From the NCBI GenBank assembly GCA_011109175.1, contig RDEW01000003.1, positions 248,001-312,000 on the forward strand: a DNA stretch of 64,000 bases, in the 5' to 3' direction. Both the position numbers and the translations under genes were made by a program. The notes under the pieces are model-generated. The model searched no databases. It was not told the origin of the DNA and saw only the letters and a list, made by a program, of their open reading frames with translations. This DNA is from Dicyema japonicum. Its lineage: Eukaryota; Animalia; Dicyemida. Below are positions 61,810-64,000 of the stretch, in pieces. Numbering within the stretch: the first letter of the stretch is position 1; each line of letters starts with the position of its first letter.

Positions 61810-62180
61810 AATCACACTTATCGAGGTTGGGATCACATCACAGAAGTGCCTCAAATAGATTGAAGCGGAAAAGTTCAATGAGTATGACCTGCTGGCCTAT
61901 AAAAATAGTTATCATGACTTGGACGGAATTTTATCAAAAATCTTTGGACCTCCTCAAAATGGAGGAGAGAGTCAAAGCTTATACAGTTTCAGTTGCCACA
62001 ACTTGGTACTCTTTGACGTGCAAGTTGAGGCGAGACATGGAGTATTGGTGCCTATCCAGGAAAAGGTTGAGGCTGAATGTCAAACCGAGGAGGTCTCTGA
62101 ATTAGGAATGCACGTTAACAAAGATACGGCCATTCGGATAATGGAAGAAGGGCTTGCTAAGCAACTAATAAATTAATTAG
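61810..62180 (+). mobile_element. R4-like element 3' fragment
   Basis: IEVGITSQKCLK*IEAEKFNEYDLLA and IMTWDGI: the REL D..K..K-Y motif. Confidence 0.7.
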
Positions 62181-62544
62181 CTATGATTATCAAATTCGTT
62201 TGATTAATAAATCAATCAAAAATTAATTTTATCTCGTGATTTATGTCAATTTAAATTTTATAATTATATTTTTATGAATTCTTTTTCATAAATTTTCAAA
62301 AATAAATTCAAATATATTCCGACCTGGTCTTGAACTTCCCAACATTTCAGGCCATTTTAAAAAATTTGGAGCTCCAACAGTGTCCGGCTGTAATTATATT
62401 CTCAGTTCTTTGCATTATGACTGAAATTCAATTTTTGCTAAAATTTCGTTGAGTTTAGAAAAACATCTATGAAATGAAATTACTCCAAAGACCAAAGGTA
62501 AAACCCACTAATACCGTGAACCTGAGGAGTTCCAATAGAGTCCT

Positions 62545-62730
62545 CATTCAAGCACAGTGATCCAGTGGACATTGTCCGGGAAGCTGAGGTCGAAACTAAA
62601 ACTCGTCGCCAGGGAGTGAAATAGTCTCCCAGTGGAATGAAAAGATAGATCCTTTTGAATGTCGGTTAGGGATTGGGCGTCTCCTGAGTAAGGTGGATCA
62701 GATGGCTCCACTAGAGGGAAGAAAGATAAT
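62545..62730 (-). mobile_element. LINE 3' tail related to 35405-35580
   Basis: Shared CAAGCACAGTGATC, AACTCGTCGCCAGG and CCTGAGTAAGGTGGATC. Confidence 0.65.
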
Positions 62731-63391
62731 TCTTCAAAACCCCACCACGAAACCAATAAAATTATGGATTGCTTTTATTTTTATAGAATAAAAAATTTTC
62801 CGATTATAAGCAAATAAATTTTTAATTGAATTTCTAATAACAAATAATAGTCCTTTCTCATAAGGGGGTAAATGTTTCTATTAGTGAACTTCCACTTGGC
62901 AAGACACGAATTTATTTTTAAGCGTGAAAGGACAATTATGCTTATTAATCGTAGGAAGGGGGTTAAGGCATGTTCTTCACTTCCTTTCCTTCAGTTGTGT
63001 GCGAGTTTCTTTAGACAATCCAGTTCCACTGTGAGATATCGCTAATTACGGTGTTACTTATAAATCCAGGAGGCATTGTAGATCGATTGAACGTTCAGCC
63101 TAGATGAACAGAGACTCGAACCTTTAAACAGCTGGCACTTATGGCAGTTCGGGGCTTATTAGATGGAATAATTTATTGCAAAAAATATGAAAGGCTATAT
63201 AATACAATTAAACCTCAAATTAATTGTTCAGGATTTATTGATAAATTATTATTATTATTAAAAATAATTAAATTAATTTTTTTAACTTCGCTAATTTTGA
63301 GTAAAATATACGCAGAAGCGTTAAATCGGCCATTAAATTTCCACTAAGTTGTCGATATTTTAAATATCTAGCAACGAAAAAATATTAATAA

Positions 63392-64000
63392 ATGTCGTCT
63401 TCCAAGATAAATGAGTCCGATAACTCCATCGGATGTAGAAAAGCATCGATTAACGTTAACTCAACCTCTTTAATTTAGATACTTGAGTTCAACATCTACA
63501 ATTGGCCCAATGAATGCTGGGACTCTGAGCGGAACCTCGGCTGGCTTAAAATGTCAAAGTATGCAGAGTCCCTGGGAATAGTCAAGTCATTATTATTCCT
63601 ATTTAAGGGCACCTGGGCATTTAAATTTGAGAGAAATAAGAAAAATTATAAACAAGCGCTTTGATTCTCTCGAAAATATTATTTTTTGAAAAACGTGGGA
63701 CGAAACTTCACTGCAGTATAGATTGGCCTGATGATTAAGATTCAAAGAGAACAGGAAGGGGAGTTCAGACTGAAGCACTTTGTAAATAAATCCATGTTCT
63801 CAAATGAGCTGTTTATACTCCAAACCACCGGCCACCTTAAACCACTAGAATACAGAAAACAGATCGAAGATGGTTTGTGTTTTACTTCTCGAAATTATAC
63901 CTCCACTAAATTCGTAGGGAGTCCCAGACACTTGAGAACCCCCGTAAGAGTCATTCAGGAAAATTCCTCATCTTTCCAAAAAAGGCAGGATACTCCAATC
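63392..64000 (+). CDS. SPATA1: SPATA1-like protein, 5' part (runs off the window); absent from the ORF track
   Basis: Introns 63455-63478 (24 nt), 63586-63607 (22), 63716-63739 (24); one T missing from the T6 run 63682-63687. Corrected product ..ILEFNIYNWPNECWDSERN..ESLGIVKAPGHLNLREIRKII..IIFLKNVGRNFTAIQREQEGEFRLKHF..NELFIL parallels the SPATA1 N-terminal domain as I recall it (VELHVFYVPEGSW..SAGFLRV..FLFLKCIGNNLAVVKEKQESELKLKSF..ELYLL). Confidence 0.7.

Noticed and set aside
63682-63690. Euplotes-like programmed frameshift at TTT-TGA
   Set aside because: The other slips have no adjacent stop and differ in direction; sequencing error is simpler.

Overview
AT-rich eukaryotic (metazoan) DNA: compact gene islands separated by a dense graveyard of transposable-element fragments. 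The genes have GT-AG micro-introns of 21-31 nt (37 reconstructed by hand, mostly 22-26 nt), so the supplied ORF track fragments or misses them. That intron size range matches what is published for dicyemid mesozoans; this taxonomic call is an inference, and a myxozoan or other reduced parasite is not excluded. Genes reconstructed: a multi-pass membrane protein (6.6-7.6 kb), a secreted saposin-like protein absent from the ORF track (17.1-17.7 kb), kinesin-13 with 12 introns, ARPC3, an intronless Shaker/Kv1 channel, a TDRD12-like piRNA-pathway helicase-Tudor-CS protein, a giant nesprin-like CH-spectrin protein, and a SPATA1-like gene also absent from the ORF track. Mobile DNA includes about 11 CRE-clade loci (one near full length with an N-terminal PHD finger), an APE-type LINE carrying a 2A StopGo peptide, an RTE LINE with a tRNA-derived SINE sharing its tail, a second 330-bp SINE-like family with a conserved structured motif, R4-like fragments, hAT, pogo/Tigger and Tc1/mariner elements, and a 21-bp minisatellite. 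Several genes need a 1-nt correction at homopolymers, most likely assembly error. All homology calls come from motif recognition by eye, not database searches.
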